This document shows positions 37,985 to 51,809 of a stretch of 64,000 nucleotides of DNA, piece after piece. Location: contig OZ024751.1 of assembly GCA_964016885.1 (NCBI GenBank), positions 8,060,001-8,124,000 on the forward strand, given 5' to 3'. Positions within the stretch are counted from its first letter, which is position 1, and each line of letters begins with the position of its first letter. Below the pieces are notes generated by a model that had not been told where the DNA came from, did not search any database, and saw only the letters and a list, made by a program, of their open reading frames with translations. The DNA comes from Eledone cirrhosa (taxonomy: Eukaryota). The position numbers were made by a program, and so were the translations under genes.

Positions 37985-39480
37985 GAGAGGTTGTTGAGTG
38001 GTTTAGGCAAATTAAATATAACAATAATAATAGGTTTAGTCAATTTGATATAGCTAACTATTATTCTTCTATTACCCCTAGTCTACTAAATAAGGCACTA
38101 AATTACGCATTCAAACATACTGACCTAACTAGCAAAGAAATGCATATTATATTATCGGCTAGGAAAACTTTGATAGAATTTAATGACAAATTATGGACCA
38201 GAGCAGATAGAGATAGCAATTTTGACATAACTATGGGATCTTCCGACTCAGCTCAGGTAACTGACCTTGTGGGCTTATTTTTAATCAATTCGATACATAG
38301 GAAAATACCTGATACTACCGGAGGTTTATATAGGGATGACATGCTTTTACTTATTAATAATAATAACCCTGAACTAAATAGAAAATGTAAACAAATTACA
38401 AAATTTTTTAATTACTTTAACCTTAAAATAGAAATTGAGAACAACCATAGAATAGTCAATTTCCTAGATATAACATTAAATCTCAACACATGTCTCCACT
38501 ATCCTTTTCACAAGTTGAATGAAAACTTAAACTATGTCAACTTTAACTCTAACCACCCCAGATCTGTCAAAAACACTATAGTAAACTCAGTTCAAAAACG
38601 TATCTCTAGGATCTCGTCGAATAGAAAGATTTTCGACGAAAAGGCCCAATACTATAATGAAGCATTAGCTAGGGCAGGATATGCTGATAAGATTGTGTAC
38701 ATAGATAATGATATACAAACTAAACAAAGTAACAACTTTTTTAATTACGGCAACAACATTAACAACTATAATAGAAAGCATTACAATAATTCCAAAGGCC
38801 AAAAAAGAAATAGAACTAGGAACATAATTTGGTTTGCCCCCCCCCCCCCCCTTTCTCACTAAACATTAAAACCCACATCGCTAAATTATTTTTCAAAGCT
38901 CTTGATAATCGCTTCCCTAGAACACATAGGTATCACTCAATTTTCAATAGGCATACAATTAAATTAACCTACTCATCCACCAAAAATTTAGCACAAAATA
39001 TTAATAGAATAAATAATAGGAACTTAAAACCTAGTGATAATAGCATAAATAATATACAAGTTAACAAATGTAACTGTAGAGATAGATCTAAATGTCCGTT
39101 AAATAACAACTGCTTAGTTAAAAATATAGTATACAATTGTAATGTTAATACTGACTCTAATTCTTTTAACTACGTCGGTTCCACATCGACGGAATTTAAA
39201 CTTCGCTATAATAACCACAAGAATTTTTTCACAGATCCAAGTAAAAAATCTTCAACGGCACTATCACGCGTACTCTGGCAACTTAAGCTAGATAACGTTA
39301 GATATTCGACGGCTTGGAATATAGTCTCAAGAGGGATTCCTTTTAATTCATCCTCTGAGACATGTGACCTCTGCGCAGAGGAGATATTCTTTATTCTAAA
39401 ATTTAAAAATTCCCTTAACCTACGACAAATTTATTCAGTTGTTGCAAACATAGATTAAACTCAACGTTTAAATATAAATT
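37985..39480 (+). pseudogene. Penelope-type RT + GIY-YIG endonuclease, 5'-truncated, frameshift in the poly-C at ~38840
   Basis: EVVEWF, QFDIANYYSSI, FDITMGSSDSAQVTDLVG, GLYRDDML, VNFLDITL, SNHP, RNIIWF.PPFS, CNCR..CPL..CL..NIVY..YVGST..FKLRYNNH, CDLCAEE. Confidence 0.92.
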
Positions 39481-40907
39481 TAAATTTAAAATGTAGTATA
39501 TTTAGTTTGATTTATATTATATGGGAAACTAGCCGATAAATTTTTGATTCCTAAATTTTTGATTCCTTCTTTTTTATTGTTTATTTTTATTTTATTTTTA
39601 TTTTTTATTTAAACATTCCTCATGAAAAATTAAGCTACCCTAAAAGCTGATGCTCCAAATTTTTTGAATAAACCTTACACTAGATAAACTTCTATATTAA
39701 ATATAAGAACATATGTAGACCAATTTGGACATCATAAACTTTTTGAAATGATCTTTGCTAGATGTGATTTGATAGATAATTTTTGGCTTTGTCTTGTAAT
39801 GAACTTGGCATTATATTGTCAATTAACTTTGAAGGTTTGATCTTTGTGGTTTATTTTTATTATTTTTTATTGTAGTATTTTATAATTATTTTTTATTTTT
39901 TATTTTTATTTTTAATATCTTTAATATGTAAATTTTTAATACGTAATATTTTTTAATACGTAATATTTTTAATATGTAATATTTTTTATTTTTATTATGT
40001 AATATTCTTTCGTAATATTTTTTTTTAGTTTTCTATTTTATTATTACTTATTTTTACTTATTATTATTATTGTTATCTTTTTATTTTTTTAGTTTTGTTT
40101 CTGATATATATTTTTATTAGTATATTGAAATCTGCTCTCTATTTCTGCTTGATAGATAATCTTGTAGAGTATAGACAGGAATAATAATACACATATATGT
40201 ATGCTAAAATGTTTATACCACATTGAGAATGTTTTCCGTGAACTTAGAGTTTGCAGAGTGAATCATGTGGATTCGCATGGATGTTTGTAGCTGTCACATA
40301 AACATATGAATTTTTTTGAAACTAAACATAAGATAATTAATTTTCACACACTATGGATACTTGTCTCATTCAGGAATACTGATATTTACAATATAGTGTA
40401 AGTTTTATAAATACTAATACATTAAAACATAGGATTTTTACGCCTCGAATATATCTGGCTATTTTTAAATTTTTTTCTCTCGCTATTTTTTCCTCTCTAT
40501 ATATTTTTTCTCTATATATATATCTCCCTTACATTAATACTTGAGCTAAATAAATAAATAAATAAATAAATGTATCATTGATACATTTACTCAAAATGAC
40601 CTCCCACTACCTAATTTTATATATATATATGTATCTATCTCTATTTCCTCTCTCTCTATATATATATATATCTTTCTGTTTCTTTACATGAAGTTCTTCG
40701 CTTTATCTATCTTTCCATCTCTCTATTTTGTTCCATGCACTTCTTCTTTTTCTTCCTTTTCTTCGTTTTCTGTCTTTCTTTCTTTTTTCTCTCTTTCTTT
40801 CTCTCTGTGTAAAATGTTTTCACTGCCAGCTTAAACCTCTTCAAATGGAAGCCGGTGTTTATAACGGTATGTCGAATCTATTTATCTATAAAACTGTTTA
40901 TATTGTA

Positions 40908-40966
40908 TTTTGTCTGAGGAAGGCATAGCATATTGTTAACATGATATCCCCGAAATATATATAATT
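40908..40966 (+). ncRNA. HHR-like motif in the terminal repeat (mirror copy on - at ~37875-37932)
   Basis: CTGAGGA(40914)-long stem II region-GAAA(40952)-tata-TA; stem I pairing is imperfect. Confidence 0.55.
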
Positions 40967-41010
40967 AAATAAATATGGTTTTATAAATATAGTTTCTATT
41001 TATTTAATAT

Positions 41011-41046
<36 letters not shown>

Positions 41047-42374
41047 AATGTGTATGTGTGTGTGTTTTTGTATGTGAGGGAGTGTAAGTACGTTGCTATG
41101 TGCTCGTGACGTTGTGTGTGTCTGAATGTGTGCTTGTGTGTATAATCTAATAAAACAAATGATGTGAATAGTTGAGACTTAAAATGCTAAATAACATTGA
41201 AGAACGAAAGAAAAAGTTAGCAGTTATCCAACATGGAATTTCATTCTGTAATGTCCTTCGGGAGCTGATGCCAAACTGTCTTCAGATGTTCCTGTATAAA
41301 ACATTTTAAAGAAAATATTGTTTTCGGTTTTCTTAAATTCATCAATACTTAATGTCCATTAAAGAACTTAAATTATATTTTAAACAAACTGTGTTTATCA
41401 TTTAAACCGAGGCACATCATGCATTTGAATTTTAAATTTACTATTTCATAGACTCATTTATATGCCTACCTAGATGAAGAACATATATTGTTCCGATGAA
41501 AGTATTGTGACTCAGAGCTTCTCTTAGATATTTGATTTAAGTCGTCGTGATATATCACACACGGATAATCAGTCTCTAGGGCTTCTTTCCTAAATCCCTT
41601 GCATCATATTGATATTGCCCAGAATTCACCAGGGAAGCGTTCTTTTTGCTCAACACTTAAATTACCAGTTTTTTTTTTAGAATATATCTAAAGTGAAATG
41701 TAGGAAATGTTCCATTTAACTACAACTGGTAACACATTTATTTAAAGTATTTAAATGTATCAATACATCTCTATATGCAACTGATCTAAAATTATCCGAT
41801 AGAGTTGTTTCGCATAACCTTACCATAACCCTGTTAAACGCTTGATTCGAGCGTAGTGAGCTATTGAATTGGATTAAACAATTCATCGAACAATCTTTTT
41901 CGGTAGATTAAATCGGAGTTATCAACATTGATAATACTAATAATACTAAACTGCAAGGATAATTACATCACTTGGCATTACGGTTGCTAGTTTGAAAGCA
42001 ACATTTATGACAATTTGTCAACTGAGGTAGACCGCGCGTATTTTAGTTATATCCAACCAATAAAGATAATTGAATGAAATAATTTTACTATAGAGAAATA
42101 ATATAAATATGATATAACCTTAATGCTATTCGTCCAGATTGTCATTCGGCAAATTGGTTGGATTACTCTATCGGATCATGTTATTATGGTATGAATGAAA
42201 TGGACAAGGTGACTGAGTGAAGAATGATTTGTTTAAAAATACATCAATTACATTTCATATGAAAATAATGTTTACTTGAAATATTATAAAGACATCAACT
42301 ATCACCCAAACCTTTACATTCACACGGAAACACACAACCAGATTCATACATACACATACGCAAATACACACACA

Positions 42375-42458
<84 letters not shown>

Positions 42459-43346
42459 GAGTTAGATAGATAGATGATAGATAGAGACTTAATTTATATT
42501 TCTCATGTTCTTGTAGGTATATATTATTGATATGCACTAGACTTTACTGTAATGTAATGCTAATATATAATACATCTATGTGATTTATTAGTTTGATAGT
42601 ATTGGTCACATCCAGAAAGGCTTCGCAGTATTTATTTTGATTTTATGTTCAAATATAGCAGGACCAATATTGCTTTTAATACATATGGAATCGATATAAA
42701 TAAACTCTAGAACTTTAAATGTTGTTTATTTAATTGCATATAACTTCTTTCCCGATAGAGAGTGACCTAGTATGAATACGAGAGAAGAATATTTACAGGT
42801 GTATTGTTGGATGTTGTGGAACCAGAAATAATCTATTCTCCTATTCTTAGTGAGACCTAATCTTAACTGTCAACATATATCATTCGTGCCAATAATACAC
42901 TTCTGAAAAGTATGATCGTATGAATATCCTCGTTCTTTCGTCTAACATATATATATCATATTTGTGCCTAATCACAAATGTAAATACTGTTTATTGAAGT
43001 ATTGCCATAAAATAAGTGGTAAAGGTTCTGTGATCAGATTCCAAGATGAATCTAATTTTCCTTGTTGGAAGCTATTAAATTCACATATATCTCTAATACA
43101 GTTGAGAACCACATTATTGTCTCATACTCTGATATTATCTACGTAGAGAGTTTTATAGCCTGGCAACAGACATAATTATATGAAACGTTCGTGCAATTCT
43201 GTGTCATTTGCGTGACATATGTCTACTTTGAAATTTTCAGATTGTCATACATTAATGCGACACGTGGGGATTGTTTTTAACTTTTGAGCAGATAGTGTAT
43301 TTGGTGAATAGGGAAAGACAATATAACCCATTGCTTTTCATGAAAT

Positions 43347-43658
43347 AATTGTTTCTACTTTTGGCACAAGGCCAGCAATTATCCAGTGCATTACTGGTAC
43401 TTTTATTGTATCGACCCCGTAAGGATGAAAGGCAAAGTTTAACCTCGGCCGCATTTGCTTTTCATGAAACAATCGTTTCTACTTTTGGCAGTAGGCCAGC
43501 AATTACCCAGTGCATTACTGGTACTTTATTTCATCGACCACCTAATGATGCAAAGTAAAGTTAACCTCGGCGGCATTTGAACTCAGAAGGGCAAGGATCG
43601 TAACTCTATGCGTCAAAGCATGGCGTCCGACCCTCTACCGATACTGCCAATCCACCTC
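43347..43658 (-). mobile_element. Full-length SINE (43470-43658) plus tandem 3' half (43347-43457)
   Basis: Reverse complement of the 8046 SINE; target-site-like cttttcatgaaa present three times. Confidence 0.9.
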
Positions 43659-45275
43659 CTTTTCATGAAATGATGACACCAACTACGATAAAAAGGAACC
43701 AATTATATGTATTTACCACAAAAAAACTTTTGTAATACGCCTTTATGAATAGTGGTCTTATATGAGTCTATCCATAGATATAACAACGTCTCAGTTTGTG
43801 TGGCGATATTGATGAATCGTGATGTTATTCGTAATTCGATCTCTCCGTAATGAATCACAGAATCATATAATATATTTTAATTACCTATTCAGAGTTACTT
43901 ACTTATCACCTTGTCTACCATCTTAGATATTTCTGAAACATTAACTAGCATTTCTGTTCTATACATCATAAAGAAAATATTTGCAAACCATCACCATATC
44001 GTAAACACGTATATGCACAATAGAATTAATGAACGTAAGGCATGTTTTTTTTTTATCAATATTTTTCTTGGTATGTGTTAGCATTTCTTGTAGTTGGTTC
44101 CGGTCGTAATTTATTTGTTGTGTGTGTTTTGTTAATGTGCTACATACATGTGGTTAATTGGGTACATGTCATTTTCAGTATGATGTACATTTCTTGCCTT
44201 TGACACGTTCGATAAATATAGTTCTAATTTTCCTGTTCATCTATGAACAAAATCTTAATGAATATATACATAATGTTTACATAAGAGTAATTGAATATAT
44301 ACTGTTTTAATTTTGACGACAATATCATTTGATTAGATGTGAAAGTGTCAGTAATGTTAAACTAATCCTGCGAGTTATATACATACATCCAAAATTCCCA
44401 AGACTTAGATAATTCTAGTTATATTGGTAGTTGTTGTAAGTGATGCTCTTGGAAAGTTGAAAGACGTATTCATGCAAAACAGGAATACTATTCAATGAAA
44501 TGTTAACTATGATAGATTGACGAACTGAGTGAAGCACTGAAACTGTTTCTTTGAACTGTACCTCTATGCTAGAGCAGAAATATTTAAAGCAGGTTTACAT
44601 CTTCCAAAATGTATTTGTTACTTGCATTCAAATTTTATTACGCGACTATACATGACATATTTTCAATGGTTAATTCCTTCACAATGTTATTTTTCAGAGA
44701 TTTCTTTTCCGAAATGTGCGGTAGTTTTTTTGGTGATTATTAATTGGCTCATATTTTGAAAACATGGTGGCGGGTTCACAATGCAATTTGTCTAATTATA
44801 TAACTTCACTTAGTGATTTAATTTAAGAGAATTTGGTTACTATACGAGGATTGGCAGAAAGGTTCATAAGCTGACTATGAAGGATTGATGCTAGAGCTGT
44901 AAAATGCATTAATACCAACTGTTATTATCAATAAACCCATTGTTTATTCCACGTTGAAAAAATAAACCTCATATGGTCATACCACGCGAACATCTTGATC
45001 AGCATATGACATTTTCACTTTAATAAATTTTAGCCGATCTTCGTGAGTGTCAGTGAAACTGTTAAAACTTCGGAATAGAAGTTCGTTGAATCAAAATAAA
45101 ACTTGGACAACCTAAATCTAGGCTTGCGTTCAAAATTCGTTCAAAATTCTCCTTTTCCTGAAATACCTGAAACTTATTTAGATTCATCAGAGTAATGCCC
45201 TATATTAGAATGTTCTAGAAACTGTTCCGTTTCATAAATTCTGTATTTGTGAGTGGATTACCAAACATTAACTAT

Positions 45276-45502
45276 AGTGGATTGGCAGTATCGGCAGAGC
45301 GTCGGACACCGTTATTGGTAGCATAGAGTTACGGCCCTTTACGTTATGAGTTCACATCCCACCGAGGTTAGCTTTGCCTTCTATCCGGTCTATCCTTCTA
45401 TTGCGGTCGATAAAATGAAGCACCAGCAATGCATTGGGTCGATTTAATCGACTTTCACCTCCACCCGAATTACTGCCCTTGTGCCTAATGTGGAAATTAT
45501 CA
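45276..45502 (+). mobile_element. Diverged, longer-variant tRNA/CORE SINE
   Basis: ggattggcagtatcggcagagcgtcggac..gagttcacatccc..gtcgataaaatgaagcacc..cttgtgcctaatgtggaaatt. Confidence 0.8.
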
Positions 45503-46478
45503 AGTGCAGTAGCCCACTTTATCTATTGCACTATATTACCAACAATTGCCTCAATTCTCATATGAGAAAACTATGTTTAGAAGAACAGTTAACCTGACAA
45601 AAGGAAATTCTCAAAAGAAAGTACTGCAATTATTTTACAATTATATAAATATTTCAGTTAAAAACTACAAATATATCTTATTATTTTAGTTAGAGCTGAG
45701 GATCAATATGAAGTCTACATTTACAAATTTCTCAATAAATATATACTAGATAAAAAATACGGAGTTTCTTTTATTTCATCAAGAATATACCAAAATACAA
45801 TTAATTATAGTTTACAGCAAGGCCTTTCAAAACGTTTCGCTTTCAATATTCTATTGAACTTAAAATTATTGAAAGAAAATGATATATCAACTTATAATTA
45901 AATATTTTGGTTCGAGCTAAATTATATTCTTTTAGTTTTAAAATTGTATTTTGAGTTGCACTCATATAGGTTCTTATCCGAATTCTATTTGGCACGATAT
46001 AATTGCTTCTCATTTCATATAGTATATGAAGTTAAGGTAAAAATAAACTAATATCGCACAAACAAATAGAATTTATCACAGATAAAGACTGCATTCAGAT
46101 AACGCTACTTTTGCCTCATATTTCAAGCGTGGTTATGGTCTAATATATATTAATTTGATATATTCTTCTTAGAATTCTGTAGAATGCTATTGGATATCTC
46201 ACAGATATTTCAGTAGAAATTGTTTTACTCAATGCATAACTCGTATAAATAAGAGAGAGGAATGACTCAATATCTACCAAATTCCTTATTGTAAAATTAT
46301 CTTATCAGAGTATGTGTATATACAAGATTTCTACCAGGAATAAGAATTAATTGATAAATATATCACATCGAGTTATATAGAGCAGTGGAAGAATCTTATT
46401 AATTAGACTTACCAATTCGGTATCTATGTACTATATAAAATAATAGTAATACATTTAAATTGATAATATTAGAAGTGT

Positions 46479-46626
<148 letters not shown>

Positions 46627-47480
46627 GCTGGTCGTTCAGAATCTGTATATATGTAACTTTTTTCTAAGATATATCTAGGGCAATGGTGGATTTTTCTTTA
46701 TCTCCATAGCATTTGCCTGGCCAATGAAATTCGCAGTATGTATTTAAACGCAAGGATAAATGTTAAACTTTTGATTATATGTGCTGCAAAATGTATCCCT
46801 CCCCTCTCCCCTTCCTTTTAGTGTATTCAAGACTACTATATACGTAATTGTGAAAATAACTTTAGTCAACAGAAAATGCTCTTTCATTATGTATATAGCT
46901 TTATAGCAATCAAAGTATATGTGTCGATAGGGATAAGTATACATTCCTTTTTATTTTTTTTAAACGCATATATTTCTCAATTATTTAAAAGAAAATGTCA
47001 CATAATTGTTAAGAAAGGATAAACTACAAACTGTAATGCAAACAACTTGATGAATATGTTCGTATGACTTTAGATACTTTTAGAATGTTCTGGAATATCT
47101 GATATAATAAGAATTGTGAAACGAGGCCGGTAGTAATATAGCCAAGTTAAACAATATAATGAAAATATTTGCCACATCTTTGGCACCTTTAGTGTGTAGC
47201 AAATAATGACGATAGCCAAGTATTAGCGGCGAATAAGACTGCAGTTCTATAAAATTGATATCGATCATTGAGCCATAGGTAGCAACACTATAACTTCAGT
47301 ATGAGAACAACAGTGTAGCAAAGCTTTGGGAATAGTCCCTGGTAATGAAATCTCCGAATATTGATGGACATATTTGGTATAACCTTTTTATTTGTTTTTA
47401 TAAAAATGTGGAGACTTACAACGTTTTAGATAATTCGTATTTAACAATATCTTAATCATCGCAATAAATATAACTAATAT

Positions 47481-47669
47481 AATTGTTTCTACTTTTGGCA
47501 CAAGGCCAGCAAATACCCAGTGTATTACTGGTACTTTATTTTATCGACCCCGTACGGATGAAAGCAAAGTAAACCATGGATGGATTTTAACTCAGAATGG
47601 CAAGGGCCGTAACTCTATGCGTCAAAGCATGGCGTCCGACACTCTACCGATACTGCCAATCCCCCGCCT
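47481..47669 (-). mobile_element. Full-length tRNA/CORE SINE
   Basis: Reverse complement of the 8046 SINE. Confidence 0.9.
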
Positions 47670-48452
47670 AATAATTATATATATAATAGATATATATGTG
47701 TGTGTGTACTTATGTATGTGAGTGTGGTGTGTATGTGAGTGTTTGTGTATTAAAATGTGTATGTATATGAGATCATATACATCAGCGTGCGTACATTATT
47801 TTGGAGGCGTATAAAGTTTTGCTTTTACAATTTTGATTATTATTCAATATTCTGACTTGAATGTTCAATCGATTTTGATGTTTGTATTCCGTATCATGTA
47901 ATTTTTAAATTAAAGAAATAAATATTGAACCTAATGTGAAATTATGGAGTCACTGCAAATATTGCCTGCTATCAGTAAAACTTAAATTCCAAATTTATGT
48001 TTGCTCATATTAAAAGTCCACCCTTGTAAATGAGAAATATACCCTAGATATTTCTTAGACGTTTGAATGAACTGATTCAAACTTCAGGTTAATCAGTGGG
48101 AGACATAACGCTAGTAGGATCAACAAATACTAAATCAGCTGAAGTTCAATATGAATGGTGATAAATTTAATAGTGATTGATATTGAGAAGTAACAAGAAA
48201 ATACAAACAAAAATAACAACGCAAAAAAGAAGCACATTCCATGACATTGAAATATGTCTAAAACGTGTTCATGGAGCTATGGCGGACAACACTTCTCTTG
48301 TTTGAAGTAAATAGTGTCATGGATATTTTAAGATAAGAAATATGCGTGTTAATAACACACTGAAGTGAAATGCAAACCAATAAAATATTTTATATCATTA
48401 TTTCTTTGTTTTGTAAAAAGAAAATCATGTTTGTTCTCATTTCGGTAATTAC

Positions 48453-48497
48453 CTAACGCTGCTTCATTCTGGCTTCCTGGGCAGTTTTTATGTCCGG
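48453..48497 (-). other. Candidate 45-nt symmetric (phase 1-1) host micro-exon
   Basis: ttctgtatatacag | cc GHKNCPGSQNEAAL g | gtaatt; GC-richer than its flanks; no homology recognised. Confidence 0.3.
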
Positions 48498-49101
48498 CTG
48501 TATATACAGAACAATATACAGCATGTGTAATAAAACCCCAATGTAATCACGAATAAACTCGTATTGCTTATATTGAATTAGCAATGCATTTCCAGTTACA
48601 TTATGCACACTCATACATAAGCTGTCAACATTATTCCCCATTGAGTCTTCATTCCTAAATGATTTATTCGTAAAGTAAAGTTTTATCACCTTTTTATATA
48701 ATTTATTGTTGATATTATTACAATTTGTATTTACTTATTTTTCTCTATATATAGTTGTCTATTTTTTTCATCAGGATTCCGGATATTTTTGCTTTAATGC
48801 AGCCGCATCAGAAAGCCATTAACAAACCTGCAATCGATTCTTATTGCCTATAAATATAGAGGAACAATCTGATTTTTAGATGTTAGTTGCCGAATGTGAA
48901 AAAGGCACGCTGATGCAATTGTTGTATGTGCATTATCAGAATTCAATTTTTCTGTTTTTTTTATCGTGTTCATAAATGTTAAAGAAAAAATATATATTTT
49001 CATGAGATGAGATATATACATTAACATAATATATATATATGTGTGTGTGTATGTGTGTGTGTGCGTATGTGTGCGCGTGTATGTGCGTGTGTGTGTGTGT
49101 G

Positions 49102-49144
<43 letters not shown>

Positions 49145-49183
49145 AATCTGTATATATAATATTATATATATATGTATATATAC

Positions 49184-49250
<67 letters not shown>

Positions 49251-49256
49251 CACACA

Positions 49257-49303
<47 letters not shown>

Positions 49304-49494
49304 GTATGTGTGTGTGTATGAACAGAGGCGTTTTGGAGGGTTCATGTATGAACAGGTGCAAACAGATTTACGCGTAGCTTTCAAAAGAAGAGATTCATGA
49401 ACAAAGACCAACCTTTGAAAATAAAGCTATGAATGAGCAATATTTGCGAAATTAAACTGATATGTTATACATAATATCTGGTGAGTGTATTGGA

Positions 49495-49654
49495 AAACCT
49501 CTATTGAGTCCAGAATTAGCCAGAATTAGCCGTCGAAACGGCTTGAGCTCAGCTGTCGGGGTCTTACTGGTTCCTATTACCCACTCTACTACCTCAAGTA
49601 TTGAGTACTTTGGTGCGTTATGGTCCACCTGGTTCCTTACCACATTTCCTTCGT

Positions 49655-49655
<1 letters not shown>
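49495..49655 (+). mobile_element. Degenerate HHR-bearing terminal-repeat fragment in (TA)n
   Basis: acct-CTATTGA...c-GAA-ACGGCT tgagctc AGCTGT-C/gggg: good stem III and GUC triplet, decayed core. Confidence 0.4.
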
Positions 49656-49679
<24 letters not shown>

Positions 49680-49685
<6 letters not shown>

Positions 49686-49900
49686 CTAACATATTAAAGT
49701 TTAAGGAAAGAAACCCTGCTTTCACCCTTAACGGGATCTTGTATAGATCCCGTTAAATGTGAAAGCACTGATTCTTTGCTTAAACTTTAATCTGTCATTT
49801 TAATAAATATTTGCTTTATGCTTTTATATATTTTTATATATAATATATTATCCTTATCGAGCCCTTTTCAGATTTTAGTCTTCATATTTATTATTATTAC

Positions 49901-49903
<3 letters not shown>
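49680..49903 (+). mobile_element. Fold-back HHR mini-element family D
   Basis: Imperfect ~60-bp-arm palindrome with apex at ~49742, followed by the family tail ending ttattattattact(at)n. Confidence 0.85.
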
Positions 49904-49986
<83 letters not shown>

Positions 49987-50104
49987 ATGTGTGTATGTGT
50001 GTGTGTGTGTGTGTGTGTGTCTGTGTGTGCGCGTGAGTTTGTGTGTGTGTCTGTGTGTGCGCGTGAGTTTGTGTGTATGCATGTATGTAGATGTATATAC
50101 ATAT

Positions 50105-51238
50105 AATTAGGGCTATATTTAGCATGGAATATTAAAACAAACTATTAGCCGCATTTGAAAAAGAAATAATCTCCATAATACAGAACGTTAAATTTAAAAG
50201 GAACCAATTTACAGGCCAGGAATAACTCAAATGCCTCAAAAACAAAATAGACATGCTGGAAAAAACAAAGCAGATCCTTGTAAAATCGGACAAAACCAAT
50301 AACTTATACGGTATAGAAAAGTGGGCTTATAATAATTTAATATTGAATGAATTAGAAAAAACTATAAAAAATCCTCAAATGAAGATCTGTCAACCGAAGA
50401 TTAATATGAAGGACCACAAAAGAAACTTCGAAGTTGAACTACCAGTTACACTCATCGCACCATCTAAATCTGATTTAGGCATAATTAGCAAACATACTAA
50501 ATAGGATTATACCAGTACTTAAGCAAAGATTACACCTTAAACAATGGAACCGTACAGACGAAGTAATAGTTTGGTTTGTAGACATTAAATTAAAACATAA
50601 GAAAAAATGTATACAAATGGATATTGCTAATTACTACTGGTCAATTACCCCTAAGTTACTTAATAAGGCACTTATTTATGCTTAAAAATATACGGACTTT
50701 CTAGTGAAGAAATAAATATCATTTTAACCGCAGGAAAAACTCTATTTGAATTGTATAACCATCTCTGGACAAGGGCTGACAGAGAGAACAATTTCGATAT
50801 CACAATGGGATCATCTGACGCAGCTCAAGTAACAGGCCTCGTTGGAATATTTATTATGAATGTACTACATAGAAAAATTCCAGAGATTGCCGGAGATTTA
50901 TATCACGACGATATGTTACTTATAGTCGAAAACCATAGTGAACTTAATAGGAAAAATAAATCTATCAGAGAATGTTTCAATAATTACAACCTTAAATTAG
51001 AAATTGAAAATAATAATAAAACCGTTAACTTCTAAGATGTAACTTTAAACCTTAGCTCATGTATATATCACCCTTTCCATAAGATTAATGAAAACCTAAA
51101 CTACGTAAGCTTCCATTCTAACCATCCTAGCAATGTAAAAAATACTATTGTCAATAGTGTCCAGGAAAGAATTTCACGCATATCAGCCAATAAAAATGTT
51201 TTTGATAATAAGGCAGAATATGACAATGATGCTTTACA
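50105..51238 (+). mobile_element. Decayed Naiad-like RT fragment related to the 37985 element
   Basis: VKSDKTNNLY, MKDHK..LIAPSKSDLGIISK, QWNRTDEVIVWF, FDITMGSSDAAQV, LYHDDML, SNHP. Confidence 0.88.
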
Positions 51239-51239
51239 T

Positions 51240-51417
51240 AGAGCATTATAATAAATGTTCGGTAAACCCATACGTGCATATATATATATGTGTGCATGCG
51301 TGTATATATATATACATACTACTGTACGTCCGTATACATATATATATGTACGTATACATACATACTTACATTTAAGTAAGTGCCGTTATAGAGTGAGAAA
51401 TGAAATTTCGTTTCATT
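51240..51417 (+). repeat. Dispersed fragment of the 431-bp HHR repeat
   Basis: Homologous to 33400-33575, fused directly to the broken end of the RT fragment. Confidence 0.85.
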
Positions 51418-51454
51418 CTATTCCATTTATATATCATTTCATTTCATCATTTCA

Positions 51455-51798
51455 TTTTATGCCCGCTTTTCCCTGCTTGCAAGGGTGGGACAAGAACTGA
51501 TTCTGGCTTGATTTCTACAGTTGGATGCCCTTCCTAACATCAACCTCATTTACAGTGAGTGATGTGTGCTTTTTTGCCGTGGCACGTCCACGACCACTTT
51601 GCAGTGGAATGATAGGGACCCCAGTCCCTATCATCTCATTTCTACAGCTGAGTAAACTGGAGCAATGTGAAATAAAGTGTCTTGCTCAAGGAAAAAACAC
51701 ATCACCCGGTCTGAGAATTGAACTCGCAACCTTTCGATTGCAAGGCCAACCTTTCGATCGCAAGGCCAATGCTCTAACCACTAAGCCATGTGCCTCCA
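51455..51798 (-). mobile_element. Second tRNA-derived SINE family; the 3' part may be a separate element
   Basis: ggaggcacatggcttagtggttagagca...gagttcaattctc head; ccttgagcaagacacttt..ctcagctgtagaaatg body. Confidence 0.8.
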
Positions 51799-51809
51799 TA
51801 CTATATATA

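Larger units (their letters stand above)
37738..41012 (+). mobile_element. 5'-truncated Naiad-like Penelope element with inverted terminal repeat at left (37738-37984) and direct repeat at right (40857-41012), in (TA)n
   Basis: The two repeats are near-perfect reverse complements; RT, GIY-YIG and a ~1.4-kb AT-rich 3' UTR lie between them. Confidence 0.92.

Noticed and set aside
51690-51798. tRNA gene
   Set aside because: The tRNA-like head continues into a SINE body, has a duplicated arm and no proper acceptor stem or terminator
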